In this document: piece after piece, positions 40,816 through 54,985 of the stretch
How the letters are laid out: each line of letters starts with the position of its first letter
Numbering within the stretch: the stretch's first letter is position 1
Source: Camelus ferus
Lineage: Eukaryota
Assembly (NCBI RefSeq): GCF_009834535.1
Contig: NC_045696.1
Location: 95,854,001-95,918,000, forward strand
Direction: 5' to 3'
DNA length: 64,000 bases
Program-made: the position numbers and the translations under genes
The notes under the pieces: generated by a model
What the model was told of the DNA's origin: nothing
What the model saw: the letters and a program-made list of their open reading frames with translations, nothing else
Database searches by the model: none

Positions 40816-42909
40816 TAAGAAAACCAAGAACACAGACCTGAATGATTTTTTTTTTTTTTTGCAAAGTTTTAAAATGAAGAACTTCAAATCACCTAAATAA
40901 TGCTTCAGAGCAAAAAATGTTATTTGAATCTACCCATAAATTTTACTGATTTCTTTTTGGAAAACATGTGCTGTGTTCAAAGTCTAAGGAGCTTTAATGC
41001 AGGGTTAGATCTTCCTTCTTTAATCCTTTGGAAGTAACATTAACAATAAGGAGTTGGTGAAATGTTGTTATGTTATAAGTAAGGCAAAAAATATATATCT
41101 GATGTCATTTAGCATTGGGTCTTCCAAGAACCAAACCAAGACATATGTGGCATTTAAACTTAACATCTGCCCTTTCAACCTGTTCATTTGGGCTATTTGT
41201 GAAACATTCTAGTTAATTCCTTCAAAGTAATGTGAGCAGGAATAGGATTCCTTTGTTGAGAGCACTTTTGGTTAAACCCCAGAAGTACAGTAGTCTGTGG
41301 AAATCAGATAATGATGGAGGCACTGGAGGAGCCACAGTAAGTGGAGAGAATAATTTGATTCCCCTGTGACTCTTCCTCCTGTCGGCCTTCCTTACCCTGA
41401 TCTGAGAACTCCTAGCATAGCTTCCGGTTCCCTCTCCCTAAGCAAGCAGCTCATTACTCCCTTCCAGTCCATTCCCTTCACAGCAGCCATTTTAACTGAA
41501 GAGAATTTTGGTTTTAGGTATCCTAAAAATGAAGATCCCTTCTAAAGAAAACATTCCCCAGGTAACTGTCAAGGAAAAAAGAATACTAAACCAAAAAGAA
41601 ACACGAAAAACTTAGAACAACTGGAACTTTTCCCATGTAGGTTTCATGCTCTCTGAATTTTCTTCTAAATTGTATATTCAGAGAAGTTCAGATCATCATC
41701 TTCCAGGGTCAAGGCAAACTTTGGTAGGAAGCCTGATACTGTCTAAAATTCTCCTTCAGTCAGCTCCTTCATGGCCTGCATTCCATAGTTAGATGTTCAT
41801 TTGTTGGCTTAAAACTTTTGTAAACTTTGTTTATTTAAGAGTCTCTAATAGTGTTTATATATCATGACCTAACAAAGAATACCTCAAAGTGAAGAGATTT
41901 GTCAGATCTGTTTCTGAAACCAAAAGACATTGGTGACGGTGATAGAGGGGTAAGTAGAGGATGGGAGATAAAAAGGATGGGGGAGCTGTCTGGGCTGCTG
42001 GGTTTGGTGGAATTAAGAGAAGTCTTCAGGCCACTTTCTTTTATCTCATATTTCTCCCAGTCCAGTCCTACTCAGAGTTTGTGCAAAAAAAGCACAGCTT
42101 TTCACCATATGTTCTTTGATTCCCTTTGCTAGCAATTGCCCCCAAATATCAAAATGTTTTTGGTATTCTTTAAGGTCTTAGTGCTCTTTAAAGATATTTT
42201 TTGTAAACTGTAGCACATGAATCCAAATTGGGACCCACCATCTAAAATCATAATGGGCATTCTCAGTGAATTCAGTGTTGACAAACAGAGTAATTTTATC
42301 AAATTAATAGTTCCACCAAAAACTCCAGTGTGATTCAATTATCCACACTACCCTGTTCTTAATATCTGAGGTACGTTCAGCAAATTAGGGCCTTGAAAAT
42401 TTACCTTACTGCCCTTCTAAAGTCTTTCCATTATTCCTCTTCTCTTTTCCAGCCCTCTGGCCCTGCCCTCAATTCCTTCCTTCTTGCCTAAGAATGTGAA
42501 ATGGGGATATATTAAAATAAAATTGTATGTCATATGTATTCTTCCTGGGGAGCAAGTGTTGATGACAAATGTATTGAACCTCTCCTATTTGGGAAGCATT
42601 TTATAATTATTATTTTATTTAGTCCTTTAATCAGTAGTAACTATCATCAGTTCTATTTTGCAAATTCAGTATCAAGGGAGTTAAATAATTTGTCCTAAAA
42701 TAGTTTCCCAAGCAAGTGAATAGCAAAGCTGGGATTCAATATCAAGTCTTACTGGCCTCAAAGCTTAGGGACTTTTCACTATTCCACATGGCCTGACCGA
42801 AGAGAACATTTTGCTTCATAATTTTTGGGTAGACTAGAGTTACCCATCTTTGGATAAAAGCTGTTCAGTATCTCAATGACATGACAATGCACAGAGAGAA
42901 TAGAATGTC

Positions 42910-44010
42910 TGGGTCAAGATGGAGGAGTTCCTCATTCAGATATCTCTCTTTCCACACCAAAACAGAAATAAAATATTTTTAAAATATTAAAAGGTACAGG
43001 ACCACACTCAAAAAGTGTGGAAAATCTTCATGCTTCAGAAGCAGAAGGAGCCCAGAGCAATAGCAGAGATTACAGTATTAAAGCCAGACGGAGCTGTAAC
43101 CATATACATGTACTAGAGATGGTACCTCAGGGACCGTAGGTATGGAAGTCAAATCTGCCACACACATAGCAGGGAACAGGAAATGGCTCCCCATGTGAGC
43201 CCAGAAAGCAGGACCATACTGCCTGCCTATTATAAGAGGTGAAATAGCTCTATCCACTCACACAGTTAACAACTAGAGACGTTTCATCTGAGTACCGAAA
43301 GACTGCATGAGATCTGCACCCATACTGATGCATAAGTGCCAAAGTTGCTGAAGCAACATTTGATGAAATTTAATATCTATTCTGGGTTAAAAACATTCAT
43401 AAAATAACAACAGATGGATATTTTCTAGTTATTTATAAATACAAAATCCATCATCAAACTTAATCAGAAAACACTGAAAGATGAAAACTGGCTTCTAGCT
43501 AAAACACCTAGACAAAGAACAAAGAAAAGAAAAAAAGAAAGAAATACCTGTTGTAAAACTTAGAGGACAAATGCAAAATTAATATCACTTGCAAATAATA
43601 ACACTGTAGTACTTGAAAAGCCAAGAGATTCAAAATCAAAACTGTTAAAAGCTATATGAAGGATTTGTGTACAAATATAATCAGATTTCAATAAAAACAC
43701 AACCACTTAAAAAGCATAATAAAGAAAATATATACAGTATGTTTAAACAAAGACAATCTAGCTACATAATGATTAGCAAGAAAAATGAAGAACTTCTAAG
43801 AAGAAAACTTTAGAATTCTCCTAAGAGACAGAAAAGCACTTGATCAGAAGAAAAACCTACCTGTCCTTATACAAGATTTATAGCATAAGGTTACTAATTT
43901 TTCCCAAAATAGTCAGCAAATCTAACGCATCCCAACAAAAATAAGAATTTATTTTCTTTGGAATAAAACGAGCTGATTCAAAAGTTCATATGAAGAAATA
44001 AGCAGTAATA
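42910..44010 (+). mobile_element. Old L1 5' and ORF2 remnants
   Basis: GGGTCAAGATGGAGGAG start; AGCTGATTCAAAAGTTCATATG ORF2 motif. Confidence 0.55.
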
Positions 44011-44031
44011 GTCTCTAAATCACAATATTTA

Positions 44032-44441
44032 TGTTATGGAATTAACTGTGTCCTCCCAAATTCACGATCACTGGGTTGAAGTCTGTTCCTGCAGTACCTT
44101 AGAACGTGGCTGTATTTGAAGGCAGGGCCTTCAAAGTGGTAATTAAGCTACAGTGAGGCCATTAGGATGGGCCCTAATTCAATCTGACTAGTGTCCTTAT
44201 ACAAAGATATTAGGACACTTAGAGAGACACCAAGGATGTTCATGCACAGACAAAAGAACATGTAAGGACAAAGCAAGAAGGTGATCATCTGCAAGGTGAG
44301 GAGAGAAGCCTCAGGAGAAACCAAACCAGTACACACCTTGATTTTCAACTTCTAGTGTCTGGAATTGTTGGAAAATAAATTTGTTGCGTAAGCTACCCAC
44401 TCTGTGATCTTTTGTTATGGAAGCCCTGGCAGACTCACACA
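44032..44441 (+). mobile_element. MLT1B-like MaLR solo LTR
   Basis: TG...CA termini; TTAGGATGGGCCCTAATTCAATCTGACTAGTGTCCTTATA. Perfect 5-bp TSD ATTTA (44027-44031 and 44442-44446). Confidence 0.9.
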
Positions 44442-45524
44442 ATTTAGTTTAGCCCACCAGGTGTCCACAAGCCCCGCTGAATTCAGTAACATTCATTACA
44501 CAAATAGCCATTGAAAAGCTAGTAAGAGACATATACTGGGATTACTTCTGTAAGGAATGCTTATCCCTACAAAACTTTTAGGACCTGACAAACAGTTCTT
44601 TAAGCAATTTAATAATCTTCCATAAGGAGAAGTCAGAAACTAGGAAGCCCAGAATTGGCTCCTCAACTCAAACTCGTCAAAACCCGAGCCTATTTATAGC
44701 CTCTTGCTCAGCCATCTTCAGTTTGGGGGCTTTTGGTGTTTATGCTCTTGTAACCTCATTGAAACAACTCAGCTATCAGAGCTTTAGGCATGACTGTATC
44801 ACATGAGCATCACAGATGACAAGAAAGAAGGAGAGTAAATCTCACAGGGCTGTCTTTTTAGTGCATGAAGAAAAGCTTTCCCCAAACCCCTAGCTGACTT
44901 CCTTTCACGCTTAGTAATATTAATGTGATACACACATGCATCCATTCATTCCACACAAAATTACTGCACCTAAGTATCAGGCAAATACTCTTCTTATGAG
45001 TTATTATTATTGATAATTGATGTTATTAATAATCTGACCTTGAATGTTGAAAACATAATTGTAGAGCTGAGGAGAGCTACACATTTGAGTTACTATAGGA
45101 ATCACCCAAGTGTTTTCTACCCATTGAAAATCCTGTTAAAATAACAGTATTCTGCTAAACTAGTTAAAGTAAATAGTCCAACCCACAATACTTTTCCTCC
45201 TAGTCTTCTCAGTTACCACTTACAAATAAATCAAAGTATTTATTGCATGTTCTCTAGATACAGATTTAGATGACATGAGGGATATAAAAAGATTTCCCAT
45301 GTACAAGATCCTTTCAGTTTTATTGAGGGAATAAGATCTATATTCCAAAGAAAATGTGAGCAAAAATGAAATATTTTAATATAAAGTAATACTTATTTAA
45401 AATTGTCATTCTGTTTAGTTGTCAGTTTCCCAAACTTTCACACCTGTTCCTTTAGCCTACAATTCCCTTCCTTTCTCTCCCTCTCCTCCTTATTCTTTGA
45501 AACTCAGATCAGGTGTTAGCTCCT

Positions 45525-45615
45525 GGGGTGGGGGTAGAGCTCAGTGGTAGAGCTCATGCCTACAATGCATGAGATCCTGGGTTCAATCCCCAGTACCTCC
45601 ATTAAAAAAAAAAAA
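45525..45615 (+). mobile_element. Vic-1-like tRNA-Ala-derived SINE (camelid)
   Basis: A box AGCTCAGTGG, B box GGTTCAATCC, CCCCAGTACCTCCA then an A tail. TSD GTGTTAGCTCCT(G) at 45513 and 45616. Inserted into an L2 remnant. Confidence 0.88.
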
Positions 45616-46039
45616 GTGTTAGCTCCTGCATAAAACTTTGTCACATCGCCCACACCCTCTTTGTGTACCCTCTGCAAAATGTTTCAACAGCACAAGTCAT
45701 CAGTTCTTGCATGTATTTGTTTACATGTTTGTCACATCCAAGATTCCACTCATTCAATTTTATGTACCTGACAGCTAGCACAACACTGCAAAACAGAAGT
45801 CAACAAAACAAGTGAATTAAACAACAGGAGTTTGACTGTTTAAAAAGGAGATGGAATATAATATTTTATGAACCAAAAGCATTAGAGAGGCACAGTGGTC
45901 ATTTAAGATTTCTTCATGGTGAAGGAATGAACTAGATCTAGAAGCATGCTTATCCTAAAAGAAAAATATCTGTGTGCAGTCTTTGAATTAATTTTAAGTT
46001 ATTTGCAGTGAGGAAATAATACTGTTCCTGGGCTAAAAA

Positions 46040-46443
46040 GTTTCAAGACCTAATGTATTTTACTGTTCCTGTGCTAAACAAAACTCAGACTGAGCAAAAG
46101 CAACTTAGCTGCTTGCTATAAGAAATACTTTGGAAGATAAATCTATGCACCAACCAAAACAGCTTACTTTTAAAGTCTAATAGGCCACTTCAAGACAACC
46201 TCCTTACCATATCCACCAGACCAAAGCTATTTTGTTACGAATTCTGCCAATCCCAGTTTCCTTCCTTGCAAACATCTGCCTTAAAATCACATAAGGCCTG
46301 GTGTACTTCCTCCTGGGGACTCTCCCTTTAGAGACCTGGCTAAAAATCTGTCACACTGCTGTTCTCCCTTACTGTACTGAGTCTGACAAACCCAGATTTG
46401 CTTGATCAGTATGTGTTTCTAGCAGTCTTTTGGTGGAGTTAAA
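46040..46443 (+). mobile_element. ERV1 LTR, MER31/MER67-like
   Basis: 3' part TTCTCCCTTACTGTACTGAGTCTGACAAACCCAGATTTGCTTGATCAG...GTCTTTTGG resembles the recalled consensus. Confidence 0.55.
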
Positions 46444-49054
46444 GGCCAAAAGTAGCCTTAAAAGGAATTTGACTTATACTCAGCTTTGAAGGACAGTATA
46501 TCTGAGGTAGGAAAGCTACTTTTGGGTTATTTATTTTATTCTTTTTCCCAAATATGAGAAGACATGAGCTAATTTATAAAAACACAAAATATTTTATTCA
46601 TTTTTTAAATGACAGTTAAAGTTATGAATCTTTTCACTTGTTTCCTCTGGTAAGAATATTTCCTCGTATCTTCATACTCTTAACTTTATTGACAGGTATC
46701 ACCTTAAAAATAACCATTTATTTTATTTTTAAAAGCTTTATTAGGCTCTAAGTATTTATTACAGGAAATGTACATTTCCTATGAAAGAATTTTCCCAGGA
46801 TATAAAATCACTGCCTCCTTTTTAAAATATTTTAACCTAATGAATGTCCGTGAAAAAGAAAACATACTGCCACCATTCTATTATGTTTACAGAAATTTTA
46901 TATATTTCCATTGCTTTACTGCATCAAGTTAAAACCATCTATCTCTGAAACCTGTAATCTATGTTGGATGAATGAAATGAAAATGAAAGAACATTAACAA
47001 AATAAGTGTGTGGTAAATGGATAAGTGGTTATAAATTGATGCAATTTCAGGAAGCCAAGGTTGACTGTTAAGTATTTAAATGAATATTTTGACATTTTAA
47101 GAATTACTGTCTGCCAGTATTTCTCTTTTGTCCTTCAAAAGACTCATCTCCACCTCTGTGTGCTATTTTAATCACTATTTTTAATTGTTTTATTTTCCAT
47201 TTTCCTTTTTCATTTCCTTTCAGCATTACTTATTTGCTTCCCTTTGTAGTTTATTTGATCCATAAAGAGCTTATAAAGAAAGCTTTTTTTTTTTTTTAAA
47301 TGAATTCCGCATTGCTAGGTTCTCATTAAGCTTATTTCATATGCTTAGCACAACTTTGTCCTCTTATTTACCCCTTGGTGCAAATTTCTTAATTTCCTTG
47401 GAGTTTACTTTTTTAAGTTAAAAAAAAAAGAAGGTGGAATAATTAAAACACAGTATGAAACAGTAAGAAAAAAGTATTATTTTTAGATACTGCTGGTAAT
47501 AGGTAAGAAATTTTAAAAGGAAATTAAGTCTATATTTATATAGATGAAATAAATATAAAACTTTTTAAGGAAAACTACTAAATAAGAAGGTGATACAGAC
47601 ATTAAAGACATATGAAAGATTCCATTTAGGTGAACTAATTTTTATTGCTTTAAATCACAAGACAAAATCTGACATCCAGTCTTCTAAACACAGTGGGTTT
47701 TAGTTATATGTCTTGATCAAATGCCACATTAGAGACTAGAACACTGAACTGTGTGGCCCTTAGTAGAGGCTCAGTACGCATGTTTCTTCAGCTGTATCTA
47801 AACAAACTTACCAAAAATTGTGGTATTAAAATTTTCTGCCTTCAGCATATGTTAACAGATTTCAGAAGGCCACAGGCTTCTGGGGTAATATATCATTAAG
47901 GGAACAGCTGTGCTGTTTTTAGTAAGAAGCTCCTTTTCCAGTGATCTGACCAAAATTATTCGGTTCAAGGTCTTCTAATACCTGATGTCAGCCTGATCAT
48001 TTTCAGTAATAAGAGCAAAGTTTTTTACAAAGTCCCCTTTCTCTGGAACAAGCAAAGTTTACCATGATTTAGAGAGTCTACTTCCAACTATTAAGGCCAT
48101 TTGGAAAACTATGTCCCAAAACCTCAGAAGGAATACTCCCATAGGTAATGGACTTTATTCAAGGAATTCCGATTTCAACTCAATCCAACGATCATTTCTC
48201 AATCCTCATTTTATGCAAGGCTTTGGACCAGGCACTGAGGGGCTACAGAGCCTAGAAAGCATAGAGAATACTCTCAAGGAACTTACCCTCAAGGAGCTGG
48301 CCTTCAAGTAAAAGAATAAAATAAAATTAGACGTATTTGTGCAAATGGAGACAAAAGAAATATGATAGGGAGACACAGGGAGAGAGACTATGATTTCTAA
48401 AAGTGAGACTAGAAAAGCTCTCAAGATTTTTTTAGTGCTGATTATGTCAAGTACAATTGTGAGGGAGAGAAAGAAGATATTTTAGGTTAAACAAAAGCAA
48501 AGATGTTTGCAAATGTATGACTTGATCAGAGATGATGAAGATTATACAAAATATGGAAGAATATAATGCAAAGAAAAAACTGGAAAGGTGTCAGGGACCA
48601 GATTGTGAAGGCCTTGCATATCATACCCAGGAGTTTGCATTCACACTCCTCTGCCCCACATACATGCTCCAACAGTAGCCAGATCTTCGCTATACTAGAA
48701 TTGCTTCGGGAAGATCATACTCTACAGGATTCATTTACCCCTTGAGGCATTTTCAGAACATTGTTTCTTGGTTGCTCGCTCATGCTTTCAGGTAAAACAA
48801 AGCAAAACCAAAAAACCCTTGTATTGAACTCATCTTTGATATCCCACATTTTAAATTTTGTTACTTGTAACTAAGCCTTTCTCCCTTTTATTGAGCCACT
48901 GGCAATATAAACAATGTTTGGTTGACAGTCTCCCCATCTCAACTCTGTGCAGGAGATCTACATATTTCTCATGAAAATTATGTAGCAACAGCACCTCACA
49001 TCTGTGTAGTGCTTTATTGCTTGCCACCCATTTTCAAATACATTGTGACTGTCA

Positions 49055-49250
49055 TAGTAGTGTAACACTTACTGTGCCCTTATAATTTGACAAGCATTAT
49101 GCCAAGCTCTTTATATACAATGCTGTTACCCCATTTAGAAATGAGAATATTAAGGCTTAGTAGACATTAAGAGACTTCACAAGGTCATAGAACTAATAAC
49201 TAGAAACATGATCAGGGCTGACCCTAAAATTTCTACCCTTTACCATCATG
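49055..49250 (-). mobile_element. MIR SINE
   Basis: CCCCATTTAGAAATGAGAATATTAAGGCTTAG...AAGGTCATAGAACTAATAA. Confidence 0.65.
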
Positions 49251-51339
49251 TTATGTTATTTCCTTTCTGAACACACCAACCCCAAAACTAGTTATGACAT
49301 TTTAATCAAGCCAACAAAACATTTTCATAAATCAGTGACTTTCTAGACTTTGTTCTACTAAATTATTAATTCAATTCAAACTATTATTACATTGATCTTA
49401 CTTGTTCAATCCATCCAAAATAGTCAAAAACATCTATCATGTAATTTTTATTTACATGGACCACATCAGCCAAGAGAATAATGCATTTGAATTTGGACAC
49501 CAAAGCTCAGGCATTAGAGGATAAATAGTTGTAAAATGCACCAATGGTAAAGCAACCATTTTGAAATCTAAACATATTTTGTTACTTTAGATTTTAGAAT
49601 TCCAAATATGTTTCATTACTTTAATAGAAAATAAAATTCTTAAGAGTAAAATTAAACAAAGGTTTCTGAGGTCAAAGTCAGAATGAAATGTGTCATCTCT
49701 CAACTATTATGCCATTTCAAAACTGCATCTACTGGATGTCGTGGATGTGGCCTTGGGGTAGTTGGGTCATTTATTCATAGTTGGTAGGAAAGTTCATGGA
49801 ACATGCATGTCTTCTGACCTTCGTCAATTGTGTACTTCATTCCTGTTCAACCAGCAGCACCAGCTAGATTTCCTGTCCCTCTGCCCTCCCAAATGTAACA
49901 CTTTTCTGTAATGTTACTAGTTGATTCTCCACTTGTCCTCCTTAAGAACGCCACTGCCAACTGAAGAAAAAAGTGAAGCCCAATAAAAACCATAGGAGTA
50001 CTATTAAACAGAATTTAAATGAACATTTTTTTAGAGAAAGACAAAAGTTCTCTTCCCTATTTGTTCATGAAATATCATTTTGATGCTCTACATGATAGAA
50101 CTAAGAAAGAAACTTTAGCCCTAAAAGCAAATTACTAGCTTAGGAAGATTCTACCAGAGGTAAGAGCAAAATGCACTTTTATGAAGCTTTGCTCTCATTA
50201 AGTTAACTCTGAAAATCCCATAGTTATGAGATTTTAATGATAGCTGAAAATTTTTTTAAAAATATCCAGGAAGGAAAACCAAGTAATAGTAGTTTTGTAA
50301 TTGAGTGAAAATTATTTAAGGCAGATGCCCCACTCTTCCTCAGCAGAACTCCCAAGAGAACAAACACATGAAGCCACTAAATGATCAAAGGGAAGTGAAG
50401 AAGAGAATAATCTATTACACATAAACTGTTATTATTCTGGAGACAGATAAAAGTGGTTTCTCTCTTGAAAAATAACAATGAGCCAAAATAACTTTAATGG
50501 CCATTTGGGGAAACATGTTCTGTGGAGAGCTGAACAGGTCTTGGGATATCAGTAAATAAAAATGAATAATGATCATGATAACAACTTATCTACACCTTCT
50601 TTTTTAACCTTAAGATTCTATTAAAATAGATGGGTTCTCTCAAAAGAAAGAATTTGTTTCAAAAAAGTTATTTGGTATACTATAAATAAGCCATATTTAT
50701 AATTTACAGACATGTATATTCTAGAAATATTAATGTGCAAACCCAAGCAAGATAATTTGAGAAATCTTATTTACCTTATTTTAAGTTAGCACTAGGGAGA
50801 TCAAATGGCTGTGTTTCTGGCAAAAATTACTGATTTGTATTTCATTGATATAAAAAGATAAATAATAGTTTTATTGACTATTCTGAAATATTAACTTGTA
50901 AAAAAGTAAAGATGAGTATTTCTTATCTTTCATTATTTAATACACTTTCAGTGTTCTCCTATTCTAAATGTTCTTTTTCTGCCTTTTTTTCTTCCCTCCA
51001 TTTCTTTACTCTTATTCACGTGTTTCATAGGATGATGGCAGTCACAAACATAGGAATATAAATAGTAAACCCACAGTACACAGTACTGAAGTCCTATTAT
51101 GAGCCAGGCACCTTATAGTTCAAGTCCTCATTTATTTGTCCTTTTGACCTCTGAAGAAAGATTTATGTCCCACTTTACAACTTCCTTCCTAGAGTATTAA
51201 CCATTTCGTTAAACTTATCTCTTTCTCTGTTAGTCTAAGCTCCTTAAGGGCAAGACCCTCAAAGCACCTTTGTATCTCCAGGAACCAGCTCAATGCCTGC
51301 GACAGAACAAATGATGTTAACTCAACCTGTGTTAATCAT

Positions 51340-51561
51340 ATGAATAAGCTTTTCCTTAAAGGGCCAGTAGTAAATATTGTAGACTTGAGGGGCATCTAAC
51401 CTCTGTCACTACTCAGCTCTGCCACTGAAGCATGAAACCAGCCATAGATAATACATTTTTTAAAAATGAGCATGGCTCTACAGGTGGGCAGCCTGTATTC
51501 CACTAAAACTTTATTCACAAAAAAGATGGGCTGCCCACATCATGTAATTTACCAACCCCTG
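51340..51561. mobile_element. MER58-like hAT MITE
   Basis: AAAGGGCCAGTAGTAAATATT...ACTACTCAGCTCTGCCACTG...AAAACTTTATT...ACCAACCCCTG. Confidence 0.8.
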
Positions 51562-51619
51562 CTATAGAAAAGTAGGCATAAACACAAAAGTGAAAGCTAA
51601 AGGGTGAGTCTAAAAACAT

Positions 51620-53080
51620 TGTAGTTTAGGTGAGAATTATTTATACCTCATGTAGTATGTCCATAAACAAAATATGATTGTCTTCAGGTTTTTAAACTTT
51701 ACATAAATAGTATCACAGCATAAATGGCTTTCTACAACATTTTGTTATTGAGAAATGTCTGTGTTGACACCTGTAGCCTCTAGTTCATTATTTTTGACTG
51801 TTGTATAATATTCTGGTATATCTGTAGACCACAGTTTTTCTCTGCTCTTGATGATAGGCATTTAGATTTATTTTTAACTATCAAACAATGCTGCAACTAT
51901 CTTATATAAATTCCCTTGAAAATGTGGTATATTTTCTCAAGGGTTTATACATAGAAATGAAATTGCAAAGTCATTAGACACAAACAAATTCAATTTTAAT
52001 AGATAGTTCCTGTTGTAGGCAGAATAATAGTCCCTTAAAGAAGTCCATGTCCTAATCCCCAGAACTTGTGAATATGTTAGTTACATGGCAAAGGGAAATT
52101 AAGGTTGCTAACCAACTGACCTTGAGATGAGATTATCCTGGGTTATCCAGGTGGGCCTGATGTCATCACAAGGGTTCCTATAAATGCAAGAGGGAGGCAA
52201 AAGAGTGAGAGGAAGAACCAGAGAGATGGCGTCATGGAAAGGACTCAGCTGAATGTTCTGACTTTGTAGATGAAGGGAATATTAACTACTTCTAGAACCC
52301 AGAGAAAACAAGGAAGCAGACTCTTTTCTAGAGCTTCCAGATAGGAACACAGCCCTACTACAGCTTGATTTTAATCCAGAGTCCCATTCAGATTTGTGAT
52401 CTCCAGAATTGTAAAGTAACAAATTTGTGTTGTTTAAACTACTTAATTTGTTACAACAGTAATAGAAACTTAATATGTGTCCATATTGCTAGACAAATGT
52501 GAGCTCATGTTGATTTATAAGCTTACTAGCAGTACATAATACTTAGAATTATTGTTTGTGCATCGTGTTAGGAAGGGATATAACAGTGTTTTCAACATGA
52601 ATAGCTATGCAGTACAATTTGTTGCATCATTTTTCTATTAATACACAATACAAATTTCATTATTTTATCAAATTTTTATATATAGGTGGATCTGTTTTTG
52701 AGTTTTTTATTCCATTCAGTTGAGCCCTTTATCTAGCCTGCTTGAATACCATATTGCATTACCATTATTTTATAATTTCTATTACTTATAACTTATTATT
52801 GTTTTATAATTTTACTTTATTTTTCTAAAAAGTTATTTTAGCAACTCTTGGCATTTTGTTCTTCCATATACCAAATTCTCAAAATTTTTCTGTCCAAATA
52901 TTGCTTCTCTAATTTTCTATTATTTTCTCTCCTTTGGTATCTCTTCTAAAAACCTGTTTTCCATCTCTTATAACTGCTCTATTTCTTCTTTTATTTAATT
53001 GATTTCTCTGTGCTTTGGTCTGAGTAAGTTCCTTAGCACTCTAATTGGTTTTTCTTTCTAGAGTTTCTCTTATTGCCATG
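51620..53080 (-). mobile_element. L1ME-like remnant, interrupted by MLT1D
   Basis: T-rich reverse L1 motifs (CAAACAATGCTGCAA, TAGAAATGAAATTGC) on both sides of the MaLR. Confidence 0.55.
52011..52477 (+). mobile_element. MLT1D/E-like MaLR solo LTR
   Basis: TGTTGTAGGCAGAATAAT...GTCCTAATCCCCAGAAC...GAGATTATCCTGGGTTATCCAGGTGGGCC...TTTGTTACAACAGTAATAGAAAC. Confidence 0.9.
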
Positions 53081-54240
53081 ACTTGCAAAAGGTAAGGGGA
53101 AGAGACTGCTCCAGAATCCCCAGTTGGCACTGAAGCTCATCTTTCCCAAGAGCAGCGTTATATGTGATAGCTGTTTCCTTAATGGTATTAGTATCTGTGG
53201 ACATTTCAGGAATGCTGCGAGTTAAAGAGGCTTCTGAGAGCTGTTGTGGGAACCTAGCTACTATATAGAACGTTTGGTTCTCAGGGAAAATGTATTCTAG
53301 GTTCCAAACAGTGAACTTCAAGATGAACTTTAAAAATGCAGTTTGTAAGGTAGAAACTGCCTTTTATAAACACAAATTCTTAGCCTCCAAAATTATCTGT
53401 CATTTTAATGACATCAAGAAAAACATTCAGTTTTCTAAGATCCAACTCTGAAGTCTAGAAAAGATATTCTTTGGCATTGAAGAATTGTAATAATAAAGAA
53501 TGCAAATTGCCAGAAGCCATACTGAAGAGAATTACCTAAACAATTTGTAAGGGTTTCTGTGGATATTTGCTTAGTCATTGAGTCAGTGAACACCAAACCA
53601 AATGCATGCCCCTTCCATAGCACCATTAGTTTTTTCATATGCCAAAATTTTAAACACTGTATCATTGGCTCTTAAAGCATGTTTTAAGAAGCATATTTGG
53701 GACATACTCAGAAGTCTAGGTAAACTCCTTCACACTGGGATACCCAGAAAAAACTATAAATTAAACAAAGATCATCGCTGGAGTCTATTCACTCACCTTG
53801 GCATTGTTGATACTTCTTTCCATACAGATAATCCTTTCCCCAACTTGAATATCAATGGCTTTTTAAGAAGTATTATGCCTTTCTACGTTGCAACAGAATA
53901 CCTCCTTCAGTGCTCTGTTAATGTTTCCCTAGTTATATAAATTTCACATTTCCTCAGTAACTTCATTGCAAAGTAGTTACTATTTGAGAAACTATTTCAT
54001 AAAGAATATGACCTAACATTAATCAAAACCAAATGAGCCACTTTTCTTAGGAGCATATGCATTATACAAAAGTGTTTGGAGAGAATGTCTCAACACAAAG
54101 GATTATATTTCTAACAATGCGTTATCTAACGGTATTATAAACAATAGATAATAAACACATTTTCCCAACACATTAAGGATCGTGTGTACAAAATGTAACC
54201 TTGTATCCATGAGCATATGGAGCACTTAATTGCAAATTTA

Positions 54241-54985
54241 GTATTCTCTGCATCTATGTCTTTACCTAATTTAGATACCCTATAAGCAGAATCATGCAGC
54301 ATCTGTTCCTCTGTGACACTTATTTCACTTAGCATAATGTCCTCTAAGTTTATCTATGTTGTGGCAGATGGCAGGACTTCCTTTTAAGGCTGAGTAATAT
54401 TCTGTTGTATGTATATCCATTCATCTGTGGATGACCATTTGGATAGTTTCTGTATCTTGGCTATTATGATAATACTGCAGTGAACATGGGAGTGCAGATA
54501 TCTCCTCCAGATACTGATTTCACCTCTTCTGGATATATATCCAGAAGGAGGATTGCTGAATCATATGGTGGTTGTATTTTTAATTTAAGGAACCTCTATA
54601 ATTTTTTCCATAGCTGTTGCATTATTTTACATTCCCATCAACAGTGTCTAAGTGTTCCAATTTCTCCACATCCTTGCCAATACTTGTTATCTTTGGGTTT
54701 TTTTTTTTTTTTTTTTTGATAATAGTCATCCTAACCAGTGTGAGGTGGTATCTCTTATTTTTCATTTGCATTTCCCTCATAATTAAGAGCATTGTTCCAC
54801 ACACACACACAAAAAAAAAAAAAAAGAGCAGGGGGACACAAGGAAACTTTGGGAGGTATCAGATATGCCCATTACTTTGATCGTCCTGATGGTATCACAG
54901 ATGTTTGCATTTGTCCAAATTCAAATTGTGCACATTAAATATATGCATTCTTTATATAATAATATATCACAATAAAGTTGTTTCA
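54241..54985 (+). mobile_element. L1MB1/2-like 3' end with an inverted 5' segment
   Basis: 54241-54780 is ORF2 end/3'UTR on the minus strand (REMQMKNKRYHLTLVRM). 54780-54985 is the terminal 3'UTR on the plus strand with AATAAA at 54971. Degenerate TSD at 54228 and 54986. Confidence 0.75.

Noticed and set aside
45525..45601. Functional tRNA-Ala gene
   Set aside because: It has an A tail and a TSD, and the acceptor and anticodon arms are degenerate, so it is a SINE.
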